The notes below the pieces were generated by a model. It saw only the letters and a program-made list of their open reading frames with translations. It did not search any database and was not told the DNA's origin. Positions 11,950 through 24,227 of a stretch of 64,000 nt of DNA are shown here, piece by piece; the stretch's first letter is position 1, and each line of letters begins with the position of its first letter. A program made the translations under genes and the position numbers. The DNA comes from Octopus sinensis (taxonomy: Eukaryota), in assembly GCF_006345805.1 (NCBI RefSeq), contig NW_021836129.1:1-64000 (forward strand), in the 5' to 3' direction.

Positions 11950-12690
11950 TATTACCTGGGAGCAACCATCAACTGTCGTGGCTCGTACGCAGATCATATA
12001 GCAAATTTATTACATCGGACCACCAATCATCCTCCAAACAGACAATGGGAAAGAATTCTGCAATTCGTTAATTGACGAAGTCTGTGAAAAATATTTGATC
12101 AAGCATGTGCGTGGTAGGGCACGAGCGCTCTGGATACAAGGGCAAGTAGGGAGGTTGCCTGATGGTTTTAATTTTTTAAGGTTCAAAAAAAGCATAAAAC
12201 GTTGGATATCTTAAGCAAGTGCCTCTCGTGGATAATCAAAGACATTGTTTATGATTACAATAACACAATACATTCCACAACCGGAAAAGTCACGTTCTAC
12301 TTGTTTATGGGTGCTCAAAATCCGAATCCAATAACGGAGTCGGAAATTTAACAATTATTATCGGGAGATGTCGACAGTGCAATCGTAGATGCACGTGAAG
12401 AAGCGTATTCAAAACTTCTTATCGCTGGAGAAAAAATGATACACAGGAGAAGATGGAAATATAATGAAGATTCCATAAAAGTCGGATCTACAGTATTACT
12501 AAGGTATTAATTTTTTAATACATTTCCAAGACAAGACAATGATGCCAATATTCGAAGGTTCCCATTATACGATGGATTATCAAACAACAAATATGTTGTG
12601 GTAGATCAATAAAATGACATGTACTTGATCGAAGATGAGAATGGTGAAAAAACTAACGTACATATACCAAGAATTACAAAAATTGACTAA
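11950..12690 (+). mobile_element. Third integrase fragment (C-terminal half) with a 27-nt intron
   Basis: KHVRGRARALWIQGQV..DYNNTIHSTTG..KVGSTVLLR|intron 12504-12530|QDNDANIRR; internal stops elsewhere. Confidence 0.75.
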
Positions 12691-13154
12691 CGATTTTGTT
12701 TAAAATTTTTCATCTAAATTTTTTTAAGAATTGGAAGCCCGCATAGGGTGAGGGTTAGTTGTTTAAGTTTTGAGTTAGGGTTAGGAGCAGACGAAGCTTT
12801 TATATAGAATCTAGAATTTTTAAAACAAAGATGGAAAATCAGATTTCCGGCAAAATGTCAACATTTGAATTTTATGCACATAGGGGAGGCCAAAGTTAAA
12901 ATTAAAATAAAGCATTTCGGAACACCAATTGAAAAGTCAATATTTTACAAAAATTTAAGGATTATGAATAATAAAGAGATTAAAAAGTAATATTTTACAA
13001 AGATTTAATCAAATTTTCATCAAAACAAAAAAATACAAAAAAATAAAGTTGATAAATCATGAAAATTCAATAAAAATGAATATATACAATAGAAAGAAAA
13101 TCAATTAAAAAGATGCATTCAATTGAGATTAAACTATACCATTTACAACTCTAT

Positions 13155-13370
13155 TTTGCAAGTACGAAATTTAATTTGCGGTCAGTAAACTCATTCCTGC
13201 AAATAAGAAATGATTTTTGCGGTTAAGAAAATCGATTTTGCAATCAAGAAAATTAATTTGCGGTCGTGAAAGTCGGTTTTGCAAGTGGGAAATTAAATTT
13301 GCGGCTAGGAAAATCGATTTTGCTAGTAGGAATACTACCTTTGCTAGCAGGAAATTCAATTTTGCAAATT
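13155..13370 (+). repeat. Left subterminal array: 11 TTTGC motifs at 20/21-bp spacing
   Basis: GC cores at 13158, 13178, 13199, 13219, 13240, 13260, 13281, 13301, 13322, 13343, 13364. Confidence 0.9.
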
Positions 13371-13449
13371 CATTTTGTATAACCTTGACGCAACATTAAT
13401 GCGTTTAAACAATATATAAAGTATTTTTGCGTTTAAAATTAAATTAAAA

Positions 13450-14577
13450 ATGGCACAAAATCGAGAAGTCTCCGAAAATTCACAAGAAAATGGTACAGAA
13501 GACATTTGCATAAACAGACAAGGAAGAGGACATTACGGAAAATATTCAATGGAAAAACGGAAATTGATCATAGACACACACGATAGAGATTGGCGCTCTT
13601 TATGCAGGTCTTTGGGAGTGAAAGAAAGGACCGCATATTATTGGATTAAAAATAAAAAAATTGAATTACTTCCTAAAGGAGGAAAGATTTGGAGTAAAAA
13701 AAGTGAAGAAATTATATCTGCTCTATTAACTTGGATTGAATGCGATTGCCAGATCTCATTGGTCGAATGTACTGAAAAAATTCAAGCTCAATTCAATGTT
13801 ACTGTTTGTGTAAATACAGTAAAAAATTGGCTTGATGGACAATTAATTTCATTGAAATCAATTCGGCCAGTCACAATAAACATGAATACAGAGGAAAATA
13901 AAATAAAAAGAATGGAGTATTTAACACGTCTTTTGAATGCGAGATCTAAAGGAAGAACTATAATTTGGATAGATGAGTCAAATTTTAATTTATTTTGTCG
14001 TCGTAAAGAAGGACGTTCAAAAATTGGATGTCGGTCTATTGTTCTTGCACCCAGTAGCAGAGGGTCAAATTTACATTGTATAGCTGCAATGTCATCGTCA
14101 CAAATATATAATTTTAAGTGCAGAAGAGGCTCATATACAGGGGAGTCCTGTAAAACATGGTTTAGGCAACTTATTAATGAATGTGATGCATCAGGAGTTA
14201 CACATCCAACATTCGTAATTGATAATGCTCCTATTCACAGTCAACTTGAGTCTGTAATAAATCCAGGAGAAAATAGTGAATTATTAAGACTAGCGCCATA
14301 TTCTTATTTAATCAACCCAATAGAACTTGCTTGGAGTTCATTCAAAGCTGAAGTAAAGAAGAGAATTCGTGAAAATATGGATATAATTATAAATTATAAA
14401 AAAAATGCAGAGGGACTGTCAATAACCGAATTCAGAATGAGAATCTTGGAAAGGATTGCAATTGAGGCAAAAGAAGTATTAACTCCACAAAAGTTAATGG
14501 AATTCTCGAATCATGTGGAGAGATATTACCCCTCAGTTATTCGATGTGAAGATTTAACTGACAATTCTTATTTGTAA
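13450..14577 (+). CDS. IS630/Tc1-like transposase, 375 aa, DD33E
   Basis: WIDESNF / VIDNAPIH / PYSYLINPIE triad with 33 residues counted between the second D and E; N-terminal HTH-like region. Confidence 0.95.
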   Translation: MAQNREVSENSQENGTEDICINRQGRGHYGKYSMEKRKLIIDTHDRDWRSLCRSLGVKERTAYYWIKNKKIELLPKGGKIWSKKSEEIISALLTWIECDCQISLVECTEKIQAQFNVTVCVNTVKNWLDGQLISLKSIRPVTINMNTEENKIKRMEYLTRLLNARSKGRTIIWIDESNFNLFCRRKEGRSKIGCRSIVLAPSSRGSNLHCIAAMSSSQIYNFKCRRGSYTGESCKTWFRQLINECDASGVTHPTFVIDNAPIHSQLESVINPGENSELLRLAPYSYLINPIELAWSSFKAEVKKRIRENMDIIINYKKNAEGLSITEFRMRILERIAIEAKEVLTPQKLMEFSNHVERYYPSVIRCEDLTDNSYL

Positions 14578-14584
14578 TAAAAAT

Positions 14585-14802
14585 TTCTTGCAAAATAGAA
14601 TTTCTCACTTGCAAAAATGGTTTTCATGACCGCAAATTTAATTTCTTGATTGCAAAATTGGTTTTCCCAGTCGCAAAATTCATTTACTATTTGCAAAAAT
14701 GATTTTCCTAACCGCAAACCGGATTTCTTACATGCAAAATTGCCATTCTTGACTGCAAATTTAATTTCCAGATTGCAAAAATGATGTTCTCAGCTGCAAA
14801 AT
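14585..14802 (-). repeat. Right subterminal array (inverted): 11 GCAAA motifs at 20/21-bp spacing
   Basis: GC cores at 14590, 14611, 14632, 14652, 14673, 14693, 14714, 14734, 14755, 14775, 14796. Confidence 0.9.
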
Positions 14803-15545
14803 TGACTTGTAAATGGTATAGTAAGACAATAGGCACAAATTAACTTGTAAAATAATTTTTTTCAAGGTATTCTACATGTACCCAATATTTAATCAGCAAT
14901 AAAATGCATATAGAAAATTATACTTTAAAAAATTTTGAATAAAAAGTAATAATCAACGTACAAAAACAAAACAAACACTAGAACAGGAAAACGTGCAGAA
15001 CACGCTATTAATAATAATTCGATATTTTTATTTATTTCAAAAAATAAATATTTTTAGAAAATATATAAGTTATAATTCGATAATTGATTATTTAACTTGA
15101 TTTTTAAAAATCCTTTGAATAGAATTGTTTTTATTGTCCAAAAAACCAAAACCTAACGAAAAAGGAGAAATCGTTAACGAAAGATAAAAACAAAGCACCG
15201 AAGTCACTCTTTCAGTCTATACGCCAATTATAGTGATCAAATACAAGTTTTCTTCAGGACCGCAGAAGATACTTGAGAGTCTTCAAACCTTCCTCAAGTT
15301 GTCTCCGTAAGTCAATTTCAATACGAAACGTTTTATCTTTTCCAACTACAGTGAATACCCCCAAATTCGCCATTCTTAAATTCGCCAATTCTTAGATTCG
15401 CCTTTTTTTAAAAAGTTTTAGTTTCAATGGAGACTTGTCAATTCTAAATTCGCCACAATTTTTAAAATTTTTACATAAAAAATAAAAAAAATATTGATAA
15501 ATAATACATTTTTAAAAAGCATGCCGCAACGTGGGTTTAATACTA

Positions 15546-15610
15546 CAGTCTAACCCCGGGGTGGGGCACCAAAGTGCCCCAGAAAGCGAGGGTGCCCTTC
15601 TAAACAGGGG
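15546..15610 (+). mobile_element. Isolated pogo-family terminus
   Basis: TA|CAGTCTAACCCCGGGGTGGGGCACC resembles the TIR and GGGGCAC subterminal motifs of the pogo elements at 19733 and 53200. Confidence 0.65.
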
Positions 15611-15967
15611 GTCTGATTCAAACTACTGAATTATAGTTCATTTAATTTAAATTTTGGTTTACTTTGCGAACAACGAACTCTTTCACATTTTCCAACGTGT
15701 TTATGTGCCAATAATACAATAAGTTGTGCTTTTTTGCTCTATAGTTTGATAGATTTCTATTCTGTTTTTTAATTTGATTTTGATTAAAATAAATCATTAT
15801 TTTTAAAACATTTTTTTGAAATAATCAGTTAATTTCAAATTTTTCTTATTTCTTAAACCTTTTCCAAGTAAAATATATTTTTCCCTTTTCCCTTTTTATT
15901 CCAACCTCTGATTCATAGATTTTTATTAAACGTATTTTAATGAAATCAATTGTTTATTTTTGTGTAA

Positions 15968-16390
15968 CTAATTATCGGCAGAGGACAAGATGGAATGGCA
16001 ATTCCCACGCAAGATGGCTATTGATATGCGTTGGGAAAGCCATGTCCGTTCTCGATGATCGTTTTTCCTTCTGCTTGCCAGATTCCCCAATTTAATGAGA
16101 AATTTTTTAGTCTTGGGACCGAGGACACCCGAAGTCTCCACTGCGACCGGGGCGAAGATATAACGGTGCAATAAGGCGCCGTATTTTTTGATCTTCAGTG
16201 TTTCTGCCAGGTTAGCTGCGGAGCCCGGCTCTGAAGCTGACGTCAAGATGTTCCCGGCGGAGAAGTTATCCGTACAAGTAGCGTCCCAGATGAGAGACTT
16301 GCCATTTTCAAATGGGAAGGTCGTTAGACCATCAGGACGTTGAAATCTAAACTCATTTCCAAGTTGAAATCTAAACTCATAATATGTCAC
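15968..16390 (-). mobile_element. CRE-like non-LTR retrotransposon 3' fragment (PD-(D/E)xK endonuclease)
   Basis: RPDGLTTFPFENGKSLIWDATC..AETLKIKKY..FAPVAVETSG..QRISIAILRGN; 5'-truncated. Confidence 0.85.
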
Positions 16391-17899
16391 AGGCTAGGGT
16401 GTTACCGAGCGCTACGGGTTACCGAATGGACACTGTTTTTTATAAAAATGGCTTGAGAAGACGCATTGCGTCAATTTGGGCTATTTTCGAATTATTAAAC
16501 AGTTCTACTCACATTCAAAAATTATTGATTATATTCTGAAATTTGCCATTTCTCAAATTCGCCGCAAAAAATGACGGAACCAAAAATGGCGAATTTCAAA
16601 ATGATATTCAAATAAATTTTCAAGTAATAACTCCTTTCAGTAAATATTTTTAGTCCAAAAAATTATTGTCTACAAACCCTCCAATTACGCCATTCATTGC
16701 AAGGAGATGTAGAAACAGATACATTGCGGATTTAATTGACCTCAAAATATATTCGATTTAAATAGAAAAGTATCAATTTATAACAAAAAAATTACTCACG
16801 GGTTCAACAGTACATATGAGGATAATGGAAACATATAGAGGGTGGATGATGGTATGTGAGTTGACGTTGATTCAAGGACTTTCGAATATTTCTTTAATCA
16901 CTCTCAATATGTTTTTCAGAAAAAAGAATTTCTTCACCGTTAAAATGTCATGATAGTCTCAATATTCCTAACAGAGTGATAGCGGGGCTGGGAAGCATTT
17001 CAGTTTAATTTTTGTAATTAAAATAATCATAATTTTAGAAAAAATATTTCTTTGAAAAAGATTAAAAGATCCCTTTTTCAAAATATCTGATAATCATTTT
17101 GCTTACGTAGCGATTTTACATTTTATTCTAAAATTATGTTAAACATGATTGGCTAACTATTTTACCTTTGAAATTTGTAGAAAAATTTTTAACATAAATT
17201 ATTTAATTAAAAAAAGTTTTTAATTTTGTTTAAAGTGTTAGAATCCAACCGAAATTTCTCCAAAATATTAACTATTTATTCTGTAAAAATATTTTTATTA
17301 TTCTATGTTCATTGTTTTTGTCATCCACACTGTTTATTCACGGCTCCATAATTTTGGTGGAAGCTCGGTTCTAGCCGGATTTTAATATATTTTCCAAAAC
17401 AATTTTTTGTTTTTCTATTCTTTTTGAATTACAAATAAAAACCACAGATTCGCTCTTCGTGTTTATTCTTCCCTTAAAATTTATTAAAAATGTATATTTT
17501 TCATGATCATATTTTTATTGAAATTAACACGTATCACGAGGACGTCCTGTAACCTAACGCTGGAACTGAATTTTTTTCAAAAAGTATAAATGTCTTGCGT
17601 CGATCAAAGGTTTTCTAAATTTTATTTAATCCTATTTTTGTACTTGTCAAACATTGTTGTACCATTCTTTTTTAAACTTGACAAATTAACCAATGTATTA
17701 AAAATAGTAAATTTATCCATATTAATACCGTTAATATGAATAATACCTCAAAAAATAGTTCAAAAAATATTCCTTCAATCCCATTTGGTTGTGAGTTATT
17801 GCTTTATTAAGAACATACATTATTTGATCATCCTAAGTAATAAAGATAACAATATACAATATGTATGTCACGTGCATTGAATGCTTTGTTGTTATATCC

Positions 17900-18765
17900 C
17901 AGGGGTCGGCAAATACTTTTGGAGAAGAGCCAATTTTGAACATTTTTGGAAATTTCGAAAAATTGAAGAGCCACCTTTTACCACTTGTCAAAAATTTTAA
18001 TTCATAAAATTAAATAGACATTAATTTAAAAAATAATTAAAAATTCATTTTAAAAAATTAAATTAATTAGACGCATTAATGAGAAATGTGATTCCTCATT
18101 TCTTTGGAGAGTTGGTTAATTTCTAGGTCGTAAGTCGTTAATTTTAATCTGAGGTTAGATTCCAAATTCGAATCTGTAATTTTGTTCCTTAATTTCGATT
18201 TATATAATTCATATGAGAAAAACTTTGTTCACACATATAAGTGGACCCGAATATTGTAAAAAATTCCGTATGCAAATTTTTTTAATTCATAATAAGAATC
18301 TGGAAGAGAATTCAAAGTTTCGAGAATCACATCTTCAAGTTTCTTTTGTATAACATTAATATCATTTTTAATTTTACCAGAAAATGTTTCTGTTTCAAGG
18401 TTTCAAGTAATTCTGAAAGACGAATAAATTTTGATGCCCATAATTCCTTACATGTCAAGTCCAATAGCTGCATTTCGAACTCAGCTGCGTTGATTTCAAA
18501 TGGCAATAAATTTAAATTGCGGACTTTAGCACTTAGGGGGTTTATAACGAACGATAGTGTTGCTTTTTCTTTTCTAAAATCCAATATTTGCAGTCCTGGC
18601 ATTGTCAGACCAGCATTTAAGAGCAGAATTCTCGAACTGATTATTCTTTGTAAGTTCTTCTACAGCTTTCTTTCGGGAATCACCCAAATTAAAGACATCC
18701 AGCTCAAAACGCCCAGTAATATTTCGACACAAAACAGAAAATATTAACATTTTAATACTCCCCAA
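17900..18765 (-). mobile_element. Buster-type hAT remnant (duplicate of 2199-3060)
   Basis: TIR CAGGGGTCGGCAAA; same motifs as copy 1. Confidence 0.8.
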
Positions 18766-19732
18766 GTTTTTTAATTCCTAAGATTAACTTATAAATTCTT
18801 CACCTAAACATAGACAACCAAAAATGTCATCATTCCCGCCACAAAACATCTTCCACCAACGAATAGTTCACAAAAACTGAGTTAAAACAGTCATCGTTAG
18901 CAAAAAATCACGGATAGGACAGTGCATTCCACGTCACTCCGTAACAAAATATTAAAAAACAAACAATCTAACATTAAATGTGTACTAAACCATAAATTTG
19001 GAATAACTTGAGCTTGTGAACGAGATCAGAAAGACTGTGCTCATCCATAACAAGTCTAAATATTACTAAAAGAACAAGCATATTTCGAAGGAATAATTTT
19101 AACTAACAGTCCAAGTCCACTCAGGCTTGTTCTGGAGAATCAGCAACCTCCAAGGCAAGAAGATTAATAAAGCTGTCAATATTATGTCTAGTCATTATCT
19201 GCCACGTCAAATAAGAGGAAAAAATTATCGGAAATATCACTCACAGTGCACGTATAGCAATACCCCCAACGTGTGAAAAAGAATTTGTTTTTTGTCCATC
19301 CCTTCTTGTAATTTTTGGATAAGCCGTCGACTAGAGGCCTACAAGTGATAAATTTTAAACAACTTGATTACTAAAATACAGACAGGCCTGGCTATTGACA
19401 ACACCGACATTACCAGGAAGGAATTCTCACAATCTGAGGCCACAAATCTAGAAGAGAATTGTAAAAAAAATTTACTTGGTTATTAAAGTATCTGTAACTT
19501 TTCTACAATTTACAAATGGAAGTATCTGTATGTTGTAACGAACAAGAGATATAAGATGTAAAATCTGACAAAAGTTGTTGTTTTAATCCTTATTTGTGCG
19601 TATATGTCGTTGTTGGATATATTTCTCTATAAACTTAACAAAAACTCGGCGTTTAGAAAAAGACTCCAAAAAATGAAAATCATTGAGTAAAATATTCGAT
19701 ATTTTAATTGCTGATGTTAAAGCAGAAGAATA

Positions 19733-20834
19733 CAGTCCGACCTCTAAATGGGGCACTAAGTTCCTCAAATCAGAGGTTTCCCCAAAAAAGAGGTTTTTCA
19801 AAAAGCTCAATAAATAAAGAAAAAGAACATTATTTTTTAAAATAATCAGTTAATTTTTCTCCATATTTATAATTTTTTTGAGCCAGGATATAAAAATGTC
19901 TCTTGTCATCCACGCATTTTTAAACAAAGAGTATAAAATTCCATAAATTTCGGGAGAAAATTTTTTGAAACATCTAGGATTTCTATATTTTCCGATTATT
20001 AATGGTTCAAATTTTTCTCCAGTGTAACTACAGCATAGATGAAGAGTAACTTTATCTTTACTCCTTTTAAAGCCCCGTGTCGAATCACCAGTTTTCACGA
20101 ATGATTTACGTGGGGTAAGTTTGATAAAGAGAGAAGTTTCGTCACAATTAAAAATGTTCTCCTTTCCATATTGTTCAACTTTGATATTTAATTCTGATAA
20201 AAAATTCAAAATTATCGCATGATCAGCAGATGCGGATTCGCCTGACAATGTTCGGAATTTTAATTCATGCCTCTGCTTGAATTTTTCTAACCATCCATTT
20301 GAAGCTTTAAACTTGTTTAAGCCCATTCTCGAAGACACAGTTAGGGAAATTTTTTTTAAAGAGTTCCAGAAACTGGAACATTCTGATCCCTTAGACGCTG
20401 AAAAATATCAAGAACTTTTTCATCAAATCCGTTTTTATTTTCACTCAATGATGAGGAAAGAAATCCTTTTTTGATAAATGAAAGAATATTCTTTTTTATA
20501 CGAAAAATAGTTCCCTTGCTAGTATTGTACATTATGGATAATCTCCTCTCAGAATGTTCTTTCTTTAAAAGATGCTCAGCAATCTTCAACTTGGTTTCAT
20601 AATTCAAAGGCATTACACAAGAAATTTGAAATGAAACGTGTCTTAAAATATTAATTTTTTAAATTGGTATAATTAATTTTATTTAATAAAAAATCAATGC
20701 CCCGAATAGAGATGTTAACATTAATTGATTTTTTATAATTTGGTTAAAAAAATTTATAATGCCCCAAAACAGAGTTTTCCCCAAAAAAGAGGTGCCCCAC
20801 CCCTGAAGGTGCGCCCCAATTAGAGGTCGGACTG
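19733..20834 (-). mobile_element. pogo/Tigger element, internally deleted
   Basis: TIR CAGTCCGACCTCTAA.TGGGGC, TA on both sides; HTH (NYETKLKIA..TSKGTIFRIK), ASNGWLEKFKQRH, NCDETSL; 1-nt frameshift near 20356; 3' half of the DDE domain missing. Confidence 0.92.
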
Positions 20835-21230
20835 TAGTCAGAATCGTTGAATAAATTTGCAATTATTTTTGTGAAGAACAAGTTGTATGGTCTTAATAAT
20901 GTCAAATCAGCATCACATGTGTGTTCTATCGTCTTCTAAAAGTTACAGTTGAACCGCTGCCCCAATAGGAATCCGCCCCAAATACAAAGGTTATGATAAT
21001 TGATACCATTTTTTCAACTTTTTCTTTAATTACTTTAAATAAAATAACACTTAAAAATTAAAAATCCATTTTATTTATTAAATAAAAAAGTAATCGCTAA
21101 TTTCCCTTCCAATTACATTTTTCGTCAATTTCATGCTTCGTTCATTTTAAAAACATAATATTCACTAGTACGCTGAATAATGAATTTTCTAAAAGATTCA
21201 TTATATTCATCGTGTCTTTTATGTTATAAT

Positions 21231-23011
21231 TAGGGCAATTTAAGTTAAAAAAGTTAAAATATATGAAAATGTGTATTTTGGCTTAAAAGTAAAAATAAAG
21301 TATTTTTTAAATGAAATAGTTACTTATTAAAGAAAAAAATAAAGTTAAAAAGTTAAAAAAAATTTTTTTATAAAGTTAAAAATTTTAACTTTATTTAAAA
21401 TAGCGCGTGGGTGTTTAGTATGCCAAGAACTGCAAAAACAATGTATTTTAAGGCAAAAAAAATTGTTATTGAATATCCGCTGGAGTTTTTATTACGAGAG
21501 AATGGCGAGTTGCAATGTCAACTTTGCTTATGCACAGTCAGGTGTGAGAAAAAGCATTTTGTGAATTCTCACCGAGAATCGAAGAAGCACTCAAATTTAT
21601 TAAGTTTTTACAAATTAATATAATTTTTAGAGAATAATTTCTATCAGCCTTGTTTGGACGAGTTACCCAATGATGACTGGTCAATGCAAGTCACTAAAGC
21701 ATTTATTCAATGCGATATACCCTTGCATAAATTGACTATGCCTCCTCTAAAGAATTTATTCAAGAATACTTCTTTGCCTCTTCCTTCCCAATACAAAGCA
21801 AGAATGTGCGTTAAACAATTGAAAACTGAATATATTGTATTATTTCAAGAAAAGTTTAGGTTTATGAATATATAATTTTTTAGAAATCAACTTGTATTCG
21901 CCATAAGTGACGAGGTCACTATTCGTAGTCAAAAATTTGTTGCAGTTTTAATGGGGATACTTAAAAATCCCGATAAAACTTATTTGATTTCTTTCGTAAA
22001 AATTGATAAAACTTCTACCAAAGAAACAATTATTCAAATTGTTGACGATACGATTAAATGCGTTTTAATTGAAAGACAAAATTTCCTTCTCCTAATAACA
22101 GATTCCGCTAAATATATGCTAGCAGGTTTTAATTTAACATATAATTATAGCTGGAAAAGTTCTTAAGCTTTTATATCCAAGGTTATTTCACGTAACTTGT
22201 GTTGCTCATCTGATGCATAATTGTTCAATGAAAATCAGGACTATTTATCCTGAAATTGATTCTCTTATTGCATCAATTCAAGCGGCAATAACAAAAAATA
22301 ACAAGAGAAAACGACTATTTAATGAAATTGGAATTCCACCTCATGTAGTTTTAACTAGATGGGGTACTTGGCTAACTGCTGCATTTTATTATGCAAAAAA
22401 TTTAATACATGTGATAAACATTTTCAAAACAATTCCTGATGATGGAATCATTGTTCAGGCTGCAAAAAATAGCCTAAGAGATGAATCTCTAGTAAAAAGC
22501 TTAAGTTCTATTGTTAGAAATTATTCGACAATTCCAGGTAAAACTAGTTTAATAATAGCAGAATTATTGTGCAAATTTGAAAGTTCTCACTCCTCAATAG
22601 AGTTAGCTTACAATGAGCTAAAGAATTTAAAATTTGACGACGAATCAGATATAATTGAAAAATATTTGAATGAACGATTACAAAAAAATGATTTATGTCA
22701 AATTATAAGAATGACAAATTCATCAATTTCTCCTGAAGAATATTGTATGCTTTTAAAGTGTCAGCCTTCATCCTCTTCCATAGAACGATGCTTCTCTCAA
22801 ATTAAAAACTTTATGAGGGATAACAGAAATTTTAATATTGAAAATATAGAGAATTATGTTATATGTTTGTATAATAAATGATTCTTAAGTTAAAATTTGT
22901 TAGGTTAAAATTTTTGTTTTATAGGTTAAAATTTGGTTATTTTTAGGTTAAAAAGTTAAAATTTTTAGGTTAAAAAATCGAAGTTTTTAGGTTAAAAAAA
23001 AAATTGCCCTA
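21231..23011 (+). mobile_element. Full-length hAT transposon (CGGBP1-like family) with intron-containing transposase
   Basis: TIR TAGGGCAATT, perfect 8-bp TSD GTTATAAT (21223-21230 and 23012-23019), subterminal GTTAAAA repeats. Confidence 0.95.
21420..22881 (+). CDS. hAT transposase, 461 aa after splicing introns 21604-21630, 21860-21883 and 22126-22150
   Basis: Removing three GT-AG introns (27, 24, 25 nt) joins four ORF-track pieces without a stop: CQLC..HRESKKH zinc finger, ISDE, TDSAKYM, TCVAH, TRWGTW, SIERCFS. Confidence 0.9.
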
Positions 23012-23142
23012 GTTATAATACACAATTTCAGTATCATTACATCTAAAATATGAGTCACCAAATGTTCAAATTGAATATTTTCGTAAATATTTTAACTGAA
23101 TTTTTGTTGGCAAAATTCTTTTCACCAGATATTGCTCTAAAA

Positions 23143-24227
23143 CAGGCCTGGCCAACCCAAATCGCATCGCGGGCCACTTTGTCCAAATGAATCCTTTCCG
23201 CGGGCGCATATACATGTACATACTAAGGATAGATATCAAAACAACACAGATAATATCAAAACAACACAGATAAGATTTTATTTAGTAAAATAGCATTCAG
23301 TCCAATTATACGTATCAATGAGAAATCTGTTTTTCTTTATCTTCACTTAATTTTTTCAAATCAACTTCACAATTACTAGTTGCACATCTTAATTGGTTTT
23401 CTAAGTTTTTATCTGTTAAAGAAGATCTATATCTACTTTTACTAAACTTTAATTTCGAAAAGAATGATTCACATACGTAAGTAGATCCAAAGGAGCTTAC
23501 AACTCTTTGTGCAAAAATTCTTAAGTTGGGATATTTTTCTGCAGTCACATATTTGTTATAAAAGTCAATTTTGGATATAGTAGGATAAACAAGTCTTAGT
23601 TCACTGTTGCACTGTAGGTCAATTATTTCCGTCTGCAAAGTATTTGAAACAATAGAAACGTCAACATGAAATGGAGAAGAAAATGTTTCAAACATTTTCT
23701 CATATTTTTTTAGTTCCGAGAATCGACTGTCAAATGCTGCAGCAAGATTTTTTATTTCATCAGCGTACTTGAAGAAATTTTTACAATGGCTGATTTTAAA
23801 TTGATTTAGCGTTGGAAAATGTTGATCATTTCCATTTCTTATTTGACATTCAAACAATGACAATTTCATTCGAAATGCTTTGACTTGATGGCATGCATTA
23901 GTAATCAAATTATCCTGTCCTTGTAACTCCTTGTTTAATTGATTAATTTTTTCGGTTATATCTACCAAAAAGCACAGATCTAGCATCCATTCTTCATCAT
24001 TTAATTCAGTTAAAATTTTCCTTTTCTTCATATTGATAACAGCTACAAAAATAGATAAACTTTAAAATTTATTAAACTTATAAAATTTATCTTTATTTAT
24101 TAAACTTAAGAAAAATTTATCTTGAATGTATTTATAGGTTAACTACATACAAAATTTCTCTCGCGGGCCGCACCAAACTCCATCGCGGGCCGCATGCGGC
24201 CCGCGGGCCTTGGGTTGGCCAGCCCTG
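23143..24227 (-). mobile_element. Buster-type hAT deletion derivative
   Basis: TIR CAGG.CTGGCCAACCC, perfect TSD CTCTAAAA (23135-23142 and 24228-24235); 238-aa C-terminal ORF (W.LDLCFLVDI..FGSTYVCESFFS). Confidence 0.95.

Larger units (their letters stand above)
13137..14818 (+). mobile_element. Full-length IS630/Tc1-like DNA transposon with phased subterminal arrays
   Basis: 12-bp TIR TACCATTTACAA, TA duplication (13135-13136 and 14819-14820) in a reconstructed ACTAGT site, intact ORF. Confidence 0.95.
15677..18955 (+). repeat. Direct segmental duplication A, copy 2
   Basis: Colinear with 2-3247. Confidence 0.95.

Noticed and set aside
12760-12790. Telomere-like GGGTTAG / TTAGGGTTAGG
   Set aside because: Only about two units; common in transposon termini.
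13171-13399. Two overlapping ORFs with 7-aa periodicity
   Set aside because: By-products of the 20/21-bp subterminal array.
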